DNA of 64,000 bases from Escherichia phage vB_EcoM_JNE01. A model generated the notes under the pieces. That model worked only from the letters and a program-made list of their open reading frames with translations, was not told the origin of the DNA and did no database searches. Each line of letters begins with the position of its first letter. Position 1 is the first letter of the stretch. Below, in pieces: positions 18,058 to 29,701 of the stretch. A program made the position numbers and the translations under genes. The stretch is from sequence record OR670491. One strand, 5' to 3'.

Positions 18058-18083
18058 GGGAGCCGTTTGGCTCCCTTTTTTTA
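18058..18083 (+). terminator. intrinsic terminator (GGGAGCC/GGCTCCC)
   Basis: Stem-loop followed by TTTTTTT. Confidence 0.7.
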
Positions 18084-18128
18084 TTGTAAAAATTAAATAC
18101 AATACAATATTATTATATGGGTAATTAT

Positions 18129-18248
18129 ATGGAAGAAATATTAAAGTCGATATTACAAGAACTTAGCTCCCATGTATCAACTCAAGATGAATCTCTTGAT
18201 TTACTTTATGCAGTACTGGATATAATCAAAGACTGTCGGTATTATTAA
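18129..18248 (+). CDS. small ORF (39 aa) in the sheath-tube spacer
   Basis: ATG ORF with a weak SD. Confidence 0.2.
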   Translation: MEEILKSILQELSSHVSTQDESLDLLYAVLDIIKDCRYY

Positions 18249-18388
18249 AAGTTTCATTGTGTATAAAAATGGGAAATGGTCGAATGGCATCAGGTACTTA
18301 GATAGTACTGGAGAAACAAAATATCTTTATTGCATTAATATTAATTGGTTTCCAGTTGAAGGTTTCAGTCATTAATATTAAGTTGTTT

Positions 18389-18405
18389 AGATAAATAATA
18401 TAAAG
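18389..18405 (+). promoter_or_regulatory. candidate late-promoter motif (AGATAAATAATATAAAG)
   Basis: Shared AT-rich motif upstream of the tube gene. Confidence 0.3.
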
Positions 18406-18432
18406 ATGTCATTCCATGAAAGGAGAATTTCA

Positions 18433-19119
18433 ATGGCTACAATGCTTGATCGATATGGTGTTCCGCTCGCTGGCGGTGGTCGTATCTCTATGAAACAACC
18501 AAAAGCAAAATACAAATTCCGTGTTATTTTCTTTGGTTTCGGTGCTAATGATGACGGTAATATGATTACACTTGATACTAACACTGTTGGTGCGGTATCA
18601 GTATCACATGAAAACGTAACTGTTCATAGCTATAACAGTTCTGCACACTACAAAGGCAAATATACTTGGGATAGTATCGAAGTTGCATTCCGTGATTCAG
18701 TAGGTAACGCTTCTTCAAAAGCTCTTTACAACCAAATGCGTAAAGAATTTAACTACTACAGTCAAGAATCTCGTATGACTGATTCACAATTCAAATTTGA
18801 AATGTGGATTCAGGAACTTGATGGTTCTAACAGTGAAAATGCTACTAACCTATACGAAGGTACACTAAGTACTTGGGTATGTCAGGGTTGCTTTATTGAA
18901 TCCAGTAACTTTGGCGACTGGGATTATTCATCCAGTGAAGCTCAAGTTATCACCATGACTGTTCAACCTGATGGTTGTGCTAAATTGGGTCCAAATGGCG
19001 AAGCGTTCGGTGATGAAGTTAGTGCGTTCGGTAATCCGTCCACCTCTACCTCTATCAGCGGTGCACAAACCAACATTAGTAGTACTACTCTTCCAGATAG
19101 TAACTTCTACGAAAACTAA
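18433..19119 (+). CDS. tail tube protein
   Basis: Directly downstream of sheath; paralog of the next gene (shared PKAKYKFRVI, RDSVGNAS); AAAGGAGA SD. Confidence 0.6.
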   Translation: MATMLDRYGVPLAGGGRISMKQPKAKYKFRVIFFGFGANDDGNMITLDTNTVGAVSVSHENVTVHSYNSSAHYKGKYTWDSIEVAFRDSVGNASSKALYNQMRKEFNYYSQESRMTDSQFKFEMWIQELDGSNSENATNLYEGTLSTWVCQGCFIESSNFGDWDYSSSEAQVITMTVQPDGCAKLGPNGEAFGDEVSAFGNPSTSTSISGAQTNISSTTLPDSNFYEN

Positions 19120-19133
19120 TTTAATAAAGTTTA

Positions 19134-19161
19134 AGCCTCGAACTTGTTCGGGGCTTTTTTT
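19134..19161 (+). terminator. intrinsic terminator (AGCCTCGAAC/GTTCGGGGCT)
   Basis: Stem-loop with one G-U pair, followed by TTTTTTT. Confidence 0.6.
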
Positions 19162-19164
19162 ATG

Positions 19165-19180
19165 CTAAATAAAGTATATA
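19165..19180 (+). promoter_or_regulatory. candidate late-promoter motif (CTAAATAAAGTATATA)
   Basis: Shared motif. Confidence 0.3.
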
Positions 19181-19206
19181 CCTTAAAAATATAATAAGAG
19201 GTTGCT

Positions 19207-19983
19207 ATGGCAAATAACATGATTAGTAAATATGGCGTTCCTTTACCATCTGGTCGTAACCGTTCCATGTTACAACCTAAAGCAAAGTACAAATTCAGAG
19301 TGATAGTTTATAACTTCGGTACTGAAATTGATGAACGTGACCATATTGCATTAGACGTAGATAAAGTTGATCGTCCTACAGTATCATTCAATACTCATAA
19401 ACTTTTTCAATTTACTACGAACACATCATATATTGGTAGTTACGATTGGGAACCAATTACACTAACAATCCGTGATTCTGTCGGTAACGCTTCTGCAAAA
19501 GCACTATCCAGACAATTACAAAAACAAATTGACTTTCAGCGTAGAATTACATCCAGAACAGACCAAGACTATGGCTCTTATAAGTTCGGCATTGTTATTC
19601 AAATGTTGAATGGGCGAAACTCAGATGATACAATAGATAACTTGGCAAGAAATACTGCTACATCAGCAGCTACATCGTTAACAAATAATGGTGGTCTTGT
19701 CAATGCTGTTGACCAATTTATTGGGGGTTCAACATACAATAGTGCAGGTGTTATGGAATACTTTGTACTAACTGGATGTGTCATTCAAAATATATCTTAT
19801 GATTCGTTGGATTATAGTTCTAGTAATTCTGTGGAAATGACTATTTCAATTAAGCCTGATAACTGTATCCAGTTTGACAACATTGAAGAAATGTACAGTA
19901 CTCGTATTAACTCACTATTACCTGAAAACGTCAATCAAGGATTAGATATAATTGACCGTGTTTTCGGTAGTATCGGATTTTAA
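19207..19983 (+). CDS. tail tube protein paralog
   Basis: 258 aa; clear similarity to the 18433 product. Confidence 0.55.
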   Translation: MANNMISKYGVPLPSGRNRSMLQPKAKYKFRVIVYNFGTEIDERDHIALDVDKVDRPTVSFNTHKLFQFTTNTSYIGSYDWEPITLTIRDSVGNASAKALSRQLQKQIDFQRRITSRTDQDYGSYKFGIVIQMLNGRNSDDTIDNLARNTATSAATSLTNNGGLVNAVDQFIGGSTYNSAGVMEYFVLTGCVIQNISYDSLDYSSSNSVEMTISIKPDNCIQFDNIEEMYSTRINSLLPENVNQGLDIIDRVFGSIGF

Positions 19984-19995
19984 GGGGAGTGAAAT

Positions 19996-22115
<2,120 letters not shown>

Positions 22116-22145
22116 CTTAAACTACTATATTATGGAGTTATTATA

Positions 22146-22679
22146 ATGAACAAATTACAACAAATCCTCACGGATAACAAACCTGTCTATGAATATCGTG
22201 TAAAATTTGCTTTTGAGCCAAGCAACGAACAACTAAGTAAAGTAACACAACGCCTTATGGATCGTTATGATGCTTTCGAAGTTGGTGGCCTTAAGAAAAC
22301 TATCTTCATGGAAAAACCACTTGATTTTTATGATTTAGATTGTGGTGAAATTTGGATGTTTGATTTTAAATGTAACCGTGGTGTTCAATCAAACGTACTA
22401 ATGTATGAAATTGGTAATCTACTAAGCGTAACCGAAGCACTAATTCGTATTCGCAGTAAAGATGAACCACGTCAAATTGAAATGACTGATCTGGAAGATG
22501 ATATCGATTTTGATGATTATGAACCAGTTATTGGTGTACCATTTGGTGCTCCAGAAGACAGTACTGATATCGCTGGTCAGGAACGTGCTGAAACCGCAGT
22601 CAAAGATGCAATTGATGCAGTAAAAAAGGACAATAAATACTCTCAATATATGAGTGCTGGTTTTGGTAAAAAGGATTAA
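22146..22679 (+). CDS. hypothetical protein
   Basis: 177-aa ORF. Confidence 0.5.
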   Translation: MNKLQQILTDNKPVYEYRVKFAFEPSNEQLSKVTQRLMDRYDAFEVGGLKKTIFMEKPLDFYDLDCGEIWMFDFKCNRGVQSNVLMYEIGNLLSVTEALIRIRSKDEPRQIEMTDLEDDIDFDDYEPVIGVPFGAPEDSTDIAGQERAETAVKDAIDAVKKDNKYSQYMSAGFGKKD

Positions 22680-22682
22680 GAT

Positions 22683-23228
22683 ATGAGTATACTCAATGAA
22701 ATGTTTGAATATGACGATCAAGAATTGAATGAAGCTCGTCCTTATAGCCGTTCTCAAGGTGCAATCGATAATGCAAAAGGGAAAGTTAAAGGATTCTTCG
22801 GTAGTGGTCAGGTTGAGCAAGGTGCACAAGAAGTTGGTGCTGAAGCAAACCGTCTATGGGCTGAGTTTAAACGTTATATAGGTCGTAAGTACGGTAAAGC
22901 ACAACCTTCAGTGCCATTTGCTGATGTTGCACAATTTTTTAAAGGTAACAACTTAGATGTTAAGCATCTTGGTAACAATCCACGTCGTTCCTTTACACCT
23001 AAAGATGTAGGTGCAGCATTACTTGCGGCAGCACGTGAAAGTATGGATCTTTATCGTGATCAGGAAGAAGCTCCTGCTGAACAACCTAAGCCGCAAGGTA
23101 AACCACAAGAAGAACCTCAACAACAACCAGAACCTAAAGCTGCTCCACAGCCTGGTGCTAGTGTTCCTGATGTTCTACAAAAACTAAGTCCAGAGCAACG
23201 CGATCAACTATTACGTATGCTTTCGTAA
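22683..23228 (+). CDS. hypothetical protein with Pro/Gln-rich C-terminus
   Basis: 181-aa ORF with AAGGA SD. Confidence 0.5.
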   Translation: MSILNEMFEYDDQELNEARPYSRSQGAIDNAKGKVKGFFGSGQVEQGAQEVGAEANRLWAEFKRYIGRKYGKAQPSVPFADVAQFFKGNNLDVKHLGNNPRRSFTPKDVGAALLAAARESMDLYRDQEEAPAEQPKPQGKPQEEPQQQPEPKAAPQPGASVPDVLQKLSPEQRDQLLRMLS

Positions 23229-23241
23229 GGAGAATTAACAC

Positions 23242-24753
23242 ATGGATAATTTTTTCAGTACTGATAGTACAGTAGTACCTAATTTATATGTGTACACGTC
23301 ACATACTGGTGCAAAATATGTGTTTGTTGAAGGTTTATGGTTCAATGACAGTAATATGTTAATGGTTGATCCTCAAAAATATCCATCTCTATATGCTTGT
23401 GCTCGACAACAGATTGTTGAGCACAATCTTTCAACTAACAATACTTATAAAATTGGTCAGACATATATCCAAGAAGGTATAGAATGCACGTTCTTGGGTG
23501 AAAACCGTTTCAATTCAGCAAAAGGTCTTATCCTAACTGAGAGTGAGATTATTACAGAACTGATGGCTGATGATCATCGTGTATATAACGTCACAAAAGA
23601 AACACTTCAAAAAGAATGGAATGCTTTAAAATTCTACATTCTCCCTCCATATGCTGATGATATTTCAATTCCTGCTGGGATGGAAGTTAATGGTTTTAAA
23701 TTTATTCCTAAGAATCATCGTTTTGTTGATAGTCGTACTGGACGCCCAGTTGATCCTGCAATGACACGTAAACTAAGTGAAGAAGGTCTTAGAATTGCAC
23801 GTCAGTTAGCAACTAAAAACAAACTAGTTCCTATCAAATCTACCTTAGTTCAAGGTAATACCCGTTCAGAATGGAATGGTAAAGAATTTTGTGATAATGA
23901 TGGTAATGTTGTGATTCCTGCTCAAAATGCACATTCTATTATTAGTGCTTACCAACAATTTGTTAAAGCGAACCCTGCTGACTTCCCAAGCCTAACTGGT
24001 GATGATGGTCAGGGTGAACAACGTTTTGGAAGTGGTGAGAAGCCTGAACAACCAAATAATAAAGAAAAACTGCCAGTATTTGCTACTAAAGAATCTATCA
24101 ATGAAGCAGATGAAGAAGAAGTATCAGTAACTGTACCACATGGTTATCGAATTACTTCTAAATCTGGTAAAACTTACATTAAACAAAATGATAAATGGTT
24201 TGATGTAGATACTAAAAAACAACTTAATACTAGTGCCGCTAAAAGTGTTGAACGTGCTGCACAGAATAGTATTATTCAGCACAATGAATCAGGTGCAATG
24301 AAGATTGGAACAACAATTAATTCCAAGAAAGGTAAACAATATAGTTATATTGGTGGTAACCGCTTCATTTCCGACGATGGTAAGATTATACCAAAGTCTG
24401 CTGCTGAACAAATCCTTGCTCGTTATGATGAAGAACGTGCTGCTAAAGAGGACAAGCCTGAAGAAGTTAAACAGGATGAAGTTAAATCCGAAGTTGAAGC
24501 TCCGAAGCCTCCAAAGGAAGAACAGAAACCTAAAGCAGAAGAACCAACAGAGGAACCAGTTAAATCTGATGATGAAGTTTCTCCTGAAGTTCAATCTATT
24601 GCTTCTAAAATTAAAGAATCCCCTCACGCACAAAGGATTAAAGTACTGTTAACTCGTGGTGATGAGGTATCTCTGTTAGCAGCAGATATCCTACTATCGG
24701 GTAAGAAGGATGAAACAGTTCAAATTTTAAAATCATTAAATAAGAATGATTGA
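23242..24753 (+). CDS. hypothetical protein with internal G-K-x-Y repeats and charged Lys/Glu/Pro tail
   Basis: 503-aa ORF with AAGGAGA SD; repeated GAKYVFVEG / GQTYIQEG / GKTYIKQN / GKQYSYIGG. Confidence 0.5.
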   Translation: MDNFFSTDSTVVPNLYVYTSHTGAKYVFVEGLWFNDSNMLMVDPQKYPSLYACARQQIVEHNLSTNNTYKIGQTYIQEGIECTFLGENRFNSAKGLILTESEIITELMADDHRVYNVTKETLQKEWNALKFYILPPYADDISIPAGMEVNGFKFIPKNHRFVDSRTGRPVDPAMTRKLSEEGLRIARQLATKNKLVPIKSTLVQGNTRSEWNGKEFCDNDGNVVIPAQNAHSIISAYQQFVKANPADFPSLTGDDGQGEQRFGSGEKPEQPNNKEKLPVFATKESINEADEEEVSVTVPHGYRITSKSGKTYIKQNDKWFDVDTKKQLNTSAAKSVERAAQNSIIQHNESGAMKIGTTINSKKGKQYSYIGGNRFISDDGKIIPKSAAEQILARYDEERAAKEDKPEEVKQDEVKSEVEAPKPPKEEQKPKAEEPTEEPVKSDDEVSPEVQSIASKIKESPHAQRIKVLLTRGDEVSLLAADILLSGKKDETVQILKSLNKND

Positions 24754-24775
24754 TAACTAAAAGGATTTATTCAAA

Positions 24776-25783
24776 ATGGCTAAAAAAATTAACGAAGCAC
24801 AAGTTAAAATCGATATCGCAGGTCTAGAATCTGAAGATTTAGAAACCCTATCACGTATGCTTGCACTAGCTGGTCAAGCTGAACGCCAAGCACCTACTGT
24901 TGCTCCAGTTCCTTCTATGGGGTCTATGACCCCATCTCTCTCCCCAATTGAACCACTAGATATGGATTCTTTAGGTGGTAGCGAAGAAGAAGTTGGTGTA
25001 GAAGTAGGGGCTGATGTTGCTGAACCAGTACAAGATCCACTAGATTCAGCAGTTGATAGTTTATCTGCTGATGTAGGTGATTTTGGTGCTGATGATGAAA
25101 TTGAAATGGATGCAGAAATTAGTGCTGATCCAGTAGGCGATGATTTCAGTGCAGAAGAAGAAGTTGAAGATATGGGTCTAGGTCTTGGTGGTCAACCGAC
25201 ACTAGAATCTGTTGAAGAAGAAGAGGAAGAAGAAGTAATAGAAGAAGAATTCGATTTCAGCCGTATGCTTTCCCTAGCTGGTATTGATGACGAAGACGAT
25301 TCCTATTCAGTTGAAGACAACCCAGATACTGAAGTTAAAATGTCAGAGAATCAATTCCTACCAGACCTATCTATTTCTGAAGAAGATGAGTCCAGTGATA
25401 CTACTTCATTTGGTCCTTATCCTTCTGAAGCTGACGCTGTTCGTGATGCACAACGCAAGACTAATGGTGTTGAAGGTGATAACTTTGTCGTTACTGCTAA
25501 AGGTAATCAGTTCTACTGGAGTCGTGTTGTTCAAGAAGATCTTGACAATGTTCCAGATCCAGAGTACTATGACAATGAAGGAAACGAGAACCGTGTTCAC
25601 AAGTTTGAACCAAAATTCCCTGGTACTGCGTTAGGTGATAACCCACTAAACGTAAATGAGAGTGAAGAAGATGAAGACTCTCTAGAAAGTAATCCAGAAC
25701 TAGAAGATGATTCTGATGAAGAAGTAGAAGATATCTTTGAAAGTCTCCAAGCTAAGTACGAGAAATTTCTTGGAGGGAAATAA
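24776..25783 (+). CDS. highly acidic protein (Asp/Glu-rich)
   Basis: 335 aa; long D/E runs such as SVEEEEEEEVIEEEF. Confidence 0.55.
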   Translation: MAKKINEAQVKIDIAGLESEDLETLSRMLALAGQAERQAPTVAPVPSMGSMTPSLSPIEPLDMDSLGGSEEEVGVEVGADVAEPVQDPLDSAVDSLSADVGDFGADDEIEMDAEISADPVGDDFSAEEEVEDMGLGLGGQPTLESVEEEEEEEVIEEEFDFSRMLSLAGIDDEDDSYSVEDNPDTEVKMSENQFLPDLSISEEDESSDTTSFGPYPSEADAVRDAQRKTNGVEGDNFVVTAKGNQFYWSRVVQEDLDNVPDPEYYDNEGNENRVHKFEPKFPGTALGDNPLNVNESEEDEDSLESNPELEDDSDEEVEDIFESLQAKYEKFLGGK

Positions 25784-25786
25784 AAA

Positions 25787-26161
25787 ATGGGATATAATTA
25801 CCGTGAACTCGTTGAAGCGTTAGATGAAATTACTTCACAGGAAGACGAAAGTTTTTCTGTGGAAACACCTTCAGATGATGTTGTAATCGATTTACTGAAA
25901 GATATCACCAAATGCCTTATCCACTGTGTGGATAAGGTTAAATCAGGTGAAGATGTTGACGAAATCGCTGAAAAATTACAAAAAGCTCGTGACATACTAG
26001 ATGATATGAAGTATAATGATGAAAGTACTGAAGCAGTTGAAGAAGACTGCTGTTACGGTACTGAAGACATGGCTCCTACAATTGGGAAAGATGGCGTCCA
26101 AGACTACAGTGTTAAAGATGCTCCTTCTTATGCAGCGAGACATGGTTTCGTAGGAATGTAA
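25787..26161 (+). CDS. hypothetical acidic protein
   Basis: 124-aa ORF. Confidence 0.5.
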   Translation: MGYNYRELVEALDEITSQEDESFSVETPSDDVVIDLLKDITKCLIHCVDKVKSGEDVDEIAEKLQKARDILDDMKYNDESTEAVEEDCCYGTEDMAPTIGKDGVQDYSVKDAPSYAARHGFVGM

Positions 26162-26164
26162 GTT

Positions 26165-26542
26165 ATGATGCCTACTCCATCGAACAGTACTGAATATCAG
26201 AATAATGTTCTCCACAAGATAAAGGAGATACATGAGTCAGACGCAGCTATAACAGACCGTATGCTTCTGATGTCAATTTTTGAAAATTTCAGAACTGGCG
26301 GTGGATTGAGATTGAGTAAGTACGGATTTAAATTGTGTGAAGAAAATAAACTTTACGAATTTACAAAAATCCCCTTGCGAAAAGATTTCAAAAGCTCTAT
26401 AATGTTTACATCGCTTGACAGGATATGTGCTGAACCTTACTATGTTGACGGTCAGTACATATACCTCGCAGACATAATGATTGTTACTGAGTTGACATTA
26501 TGCTGCGATGACTTTAAAATGTTATTCTCGAATCATCAGTGA
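26165..26542 (+). CDS. hypothetical protein
   Basis: 125-aa ORF. Confidence 0.45.
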   Translation: MMPTPSNSTEYQNNVLHKIKEIHESDAAITDRMLLMSIFENFRTGGGLRLSKYGFKLCEENKLYEFTKIPLRKDFKSSIMFTSLDRICAEPYYVDGQYIYLADIMIVTELTLCCDDFKMLFSNHQ

Positions 26543-26566
26543 TTCGAAAATAAAGAAAAAAAGTTC

Positions 26567-26594
26567 TTGACAAGTTAAAATGATGTGATATAAT
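26567..26594 (+). promoter_or_regulatory. sigma70 promoter P1 (TTGACA, 16-nt spacer, TGaTATAAT) with A-tract upstream and TGATG/CATCA inverted repeat across the -10
   Basis: Consensus hexamers read directly. Confidence 0.55.
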
Positions 26595-26658
26595 GAGCAT
26601 CACGAAGTAAGTTTTCAAAATCACATGATGTGAGATTGAAAAAAAAGAAAAAAAGTTG

Positions 26659-26686
26659 TTGACAAGGTTGAACGATGTGATATAAT
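26659..26686 (+). promoter_or_regulatory. sigma70 promoter P2 (TTGACA, 16-nt spacer, TGaTATAAT) with GTTGAAC/GTTCAAC inverted repeat flanking the -10
   Basis: Near-duplicate of P1 about 90 bp downstream. Confidence 0.55.
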
Positions 26687-26750
26687 GTTCAACATCAAGA
26701 CGACGAAGTGATTGACCTTTTTAAACACACGGATGATTCATGAAGTAACA

Positions 26751-26798
26751 AAGGAACTGATAAGTTAAAAATACTTTTAACACAGTTCCTTTACTTTT
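26751..26798 (+). terminator. leader stem-loop / possible attenuator (AAGGAACTG/CAGTTCCTT with nested GTTAAAA/TTTTAAC)
   Basis: 9-bp outer stem, U-rich 3' side, between P1/P2 and the proximal promoter. Confidence 0.4.
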
Positions 26799-26808
26799 GC
26801 CATCGGAT

Positions 26809-26817
26809 TGGTATAAT
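26809..26817 (+). promoter_or_regulatory. proximal extended -10 promoter (TGgTATAAT)
   Basis: About 40 nt upstream of ATG 26856. Confidence 0.4.
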
Positions 26818-26855
26818 AGAAATCTCAAATTTATCCAACTAAAAGGAAACTATAC

Positions 26856-28187
26856 ATGTCTACTCAAAACGCTGATATCCTGAACGTAAAACTGACTCCT
26901 AAGAAAGCTAAAGCAGCAATGGCACTGGCTGACATGATTCAAGACAGCCTGATGATTTGGGGTAGCCCTGGTATCGGTAAATCTGCAATTGCCCGTCAAT
27001 ACGCTGATGAGAACTACCCACTGCGTAAAGACAATCTGGCTAAGATTGAGTTCATGAAGCAGCAAATTGAAGTTGATGTAGAAAATGCTGACCAACTACG
27101 CCGTGAACTGGCAGCGTTCGAAGCTAAACTGATTGACCAAGACACCAACTTCATCGACTTCCGTTTGTCACAGATTGAACCAAGTGACCTACGTGGTATC
27201 CCAGTACCAGAGAAGATTTTCCTTGATATGGATGGTAAGCAACTGATTGAATCTGAACTGGAAACTGCACAAAACTACATCGCTGAAACAGCAGTAGTAT
27301 GGGCTGCACCAAAAGTACTGAAACTAAGCCCTGAATGGAAAGGTGTTATCCTGTTCGACGAAATTAACTCTGCAATGCCTATCGTGCAAGCAGCTTCTTA
27401 TCAGCTAATCCTCGACCGCTGTGTTGGTGAGATGAAGCTACCTAAGAAAGCTCTGATTCTGGCAGCAGGTAACCGTGAAACTGATGGCGGTGTAACCTTC
27501 TCTCTAGCTACACCACTGCGTGACCGTATGACTCACATCGAGATGGTTCCTTATCATCAAGATTGGATTAACGACTACGCAATTGCGAAACGTCTGAACC
27601 CAGCAACTGTTGCGTTCATCAACAACACTGGTGCTAAGTACTTCAACACCCTTAGCCCACAAGATCCTTCTCACAGTGGTGGTACTTCCCCACGTTCATG
27701 GGAAGCAGTAGCACGCTACGAAGACCTGAAGAAAGGTGGTCAGAGTATCGATAAAGAAGTGTTCCGTGCTCTAGTTGCAGGTCGTGTTGGTGAAGGTGTT
27801 GCTACCGAGTACATCGAATATGTAGAAAACGTATCTAAACTACCAGATACCATGTCTATCCTAAACGGTGAGATTAAAGAGATTGACGCTTCGCTAGATA
27901 TTTCTGCGAACTACTTCATCTCTCTGAACCTGGTCTATAAAATTATCGACCTGTACAATGAGAAGCAAGAACAACGTCTGGATGTGGCTGAATGGGGTAA
28001 ACTGTGCAACAACTTCATCATCTTCCTAGACCATAACTTCTCTGCAACTCAAGCAGAACTGGCAGTACTAGCGATTCGTACCATCACTCAGGCACGTGTA
28101 GCGATTTCGACTAAAGATGTACCAGCGTTCACTGACTTCATCAAGAAGTACACTGACCTAGTACGTAAAGCACGCTCCCTAAGCTAA
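26856..28187 (+). CDS. MoxR-type AAA+ ATPase (CobS/AAA_5-like) with a long insertion between Walker A and B
   Basis: Walker A GSPGIGKS, Walker B ILFDEIN; coiled-coil-like insert of about 120 aa between them. Confidence 0.75.
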   Translation: MSTQNADILNVKLTPKKAKAAMALADMIQDSLMIWGSPGIGKSAIARQYADENYPLRKDNLAKIEFMKQQIEVDVENADQLRRELAAFEAKLIDQDTNFIDFRLSQIEPSDLRGIPVPEKIFLDMDGKQLIESELETAQNYIAETAVVWAAPKVLKLSPEWKGVILFDEINSAMPIVQAASYQLILDRCVGEMKLPKKALILAAGNRETDGGVTFSLATPLRDRMTHIEMVPYHQDWINDYAIAKRLNPATVAFINNTGAKYFNTLSPQDPSHSGGTSPRSWEAVARYEDLKKGGQSIDKEVFRALVAGRVGEGVATEYIEYVENVSKLPDTMSILNGEIKEIDASLDISANYFISLNLVYKIIDLYNEKQEQRLDVAEWGKLCNNFIIFLDHNFSATQAELAVLAIRTITQARVAISTKDVPAFTDFIKKYTDLVRKARSLS

Positions 28188-28210
28188 TAATTCGAAATAG
28201 TGGTTGACAA

Positions 28211-28240
28211 GGAGGATACCAAATGGTATCCTTCTTTTAT
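28211..28240 (+). terminator. intrinsic terminator (GGATACC/GGTATCC)
   Basis: Stem-loop followed by TTCTTTT; a TTGACA hexamer lies just upstream. Confidence 0.55.
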
Positions 28241-28263
28241 CTTAACTAAACGAGGAATTTAAA

Positions 28264-29688
28264 ATGTCTCAAGAACAAAAATTCAAATTCGAAGAAGTTT
28301 CAGCTTCAGTACAGAAAGAGTGCCAAGACCGTCTTATTCTCGCACGTACATCTTTGATGCTTACTAAACCATTCTTTGGTGTACTGGCATCCCGTCTTCG
28401 TCCAGTACCTAACAACACATGGTGTCGTACTCTGGCAGTAGATGGTAAGCACCTTTTTTATAACGTAGAATTCGTAATGGGTATTCAAGACCCACTCAAG
28501 AAAGACGCATATGAAGCAGCAATGCGTGAAGCTCATCCAGAAATTACTGACGAGCAGTTGAAAGAAATGACCGAAGGCTTGACTGACGAAAACCTGATTG
28601 CAGTTATTTGTCATGAAATTCTTCACTGTGCATACGACCACTTCTTGCGTCGTGGTATGCGTGACCCACAACGTTACAACCGTGCTGCTGACTACGCGAT
28701 TAACCAGATTCTGGTTCGTGAAAAGATTGGTAAAATCCAGAATGGTTGGTTGTATGATCCAAAATATGACGGTATGACCGCAGAAGAGATCTACAACATT
28801 CTTCTAGAAGAAGATGAAAAACAAGAACAACAAGAAGGTGAAGGCGAAGGCCAACCACAACAAGGTGGTAGTGGTCAGGGTGAAGGGCGTTCACGTGGTA
28901 CATTTGGTGACCTTGCTGATGGTAAAGGTAAAGGCACTCCAAAAGGTACTACCATTGACCAACATGACGTTCCACAAGATGGTGATGGCGGTCAGTCTGA
29001 AGAGAAGAAACGTGAATATATGGACGATTTCAAAACCGCAATGATGAACGCGGCTCGTGCAGGTGGTACACCAGCAGAAATCGAACGTATGATCAATAAC
29101 TTCAAAGCACCAAAAATTGACTGGCGTGCAAAACTGCAACGTACTTTGCGTAGCTGGTTGAAATCTGACGCTACTTATCAGAACCCAAACCGTCGTTCAT
29201 GGGGTGCAGGTTTTGGTTCTAACGGTTCATTCTACGGGAACCCAATTTTCCCAGGCATGAAACCAGATGATGATATTGATATCGCAATTGCACTAGATGC
29301 ATCCGGTTCTATCTCTGAAGATATGCTCCGTGACTTCATCAGTGAAGTACTGGGTATCACTAAACAATTCAAACAGTTTAAGATTCGTATCATGACATTT
29401 GATACTCAAGTTTATACTGTAATGGATTACAAAACTGGTGAAGAACGTAAGATTCTTGAATATCCAGTTAAAGGTGGTGGCGGTACTGACTTTGAAGCAG
29501 TGTGGGTTCACATGAAACACGACAACTACAAGCCTAAACAACTTGTAATGTTTACAGATGGTGAGCCGTGGCAGTCATGGGGTGATCCTAACTACTGTAA
29601 GACACTGTTCGTTATTCACAGTAATCCAGAGAAAGTCGCACCATTCGGTGAAACCGTACACTACGAGTACGAAAATAAGAAAAAATAA
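28264..29688 (+). CDS. vWA-domain protein with N-terminal HExxH metallopeptidase-like domain (MoxR partner, CobT/DUF2201-like)
   Basis: HEILH motif; Gly-rich linker; MIDAS-type DASGS at the start of the C-terminal vWA fold. Confidence 0.75.
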   Translation: MSQEQKFKFEEVSASVQKECQDRLILARTSLMLTKPFFGVLASRLRPVPNNTWCRTLAVDGKHLFYNVEFVMGIQDPLKKDAYEAAMREAHPEITDEQLKEMTEGLTDENLIAVICHEILHCAYDHFLRRGMRDPQRYNRAADYAINQILVREKIGKIQNGWLYDPKYDGMTAEEIYNILLEEDEKQEQQEGEGEGQPQQGGSGQGEGRSRGTFGDLADGKGKGTPKGTTIDQHDVPQDGDGGQSEEKKREYMDDFKTAMMNAARAGGTPAEIERMINNFKAPKIDWRAKLQRTLRSWLKSDATYQNPNRRSWGAGFGSNGSFYGNPIFPGMKPDDDIDIAIALDASGSISEDMLRDFISEVLGITKQFKQFKIRIMTFDTQVYTVMDYKTGEERKILEYPVKGGGGTDFEAVWVHMKHDNYKPKQLVMFTDGEPWQSWGDPNYCKTLFVIHSNPEKVAPFGETVHYEYENKKK

Positions 29689-29701
29689 GTAAGTAAATAA
29701 A

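Noticed and set aside
25284-25634. ORF 25284..25634 and the antisense ORFs 25406..25600, 25798..25995, 25997..26233.
   Set aside because: They are embedded in or antisense to the acidic-protein genes and arise from the GAA/GAT-rich codon composition.
26712-26740. Possible third promoter (TTGACC with a weak -10 GATTCA).
   Set aside because: The -10 is a poor match; reported only as part of the regulatory region.
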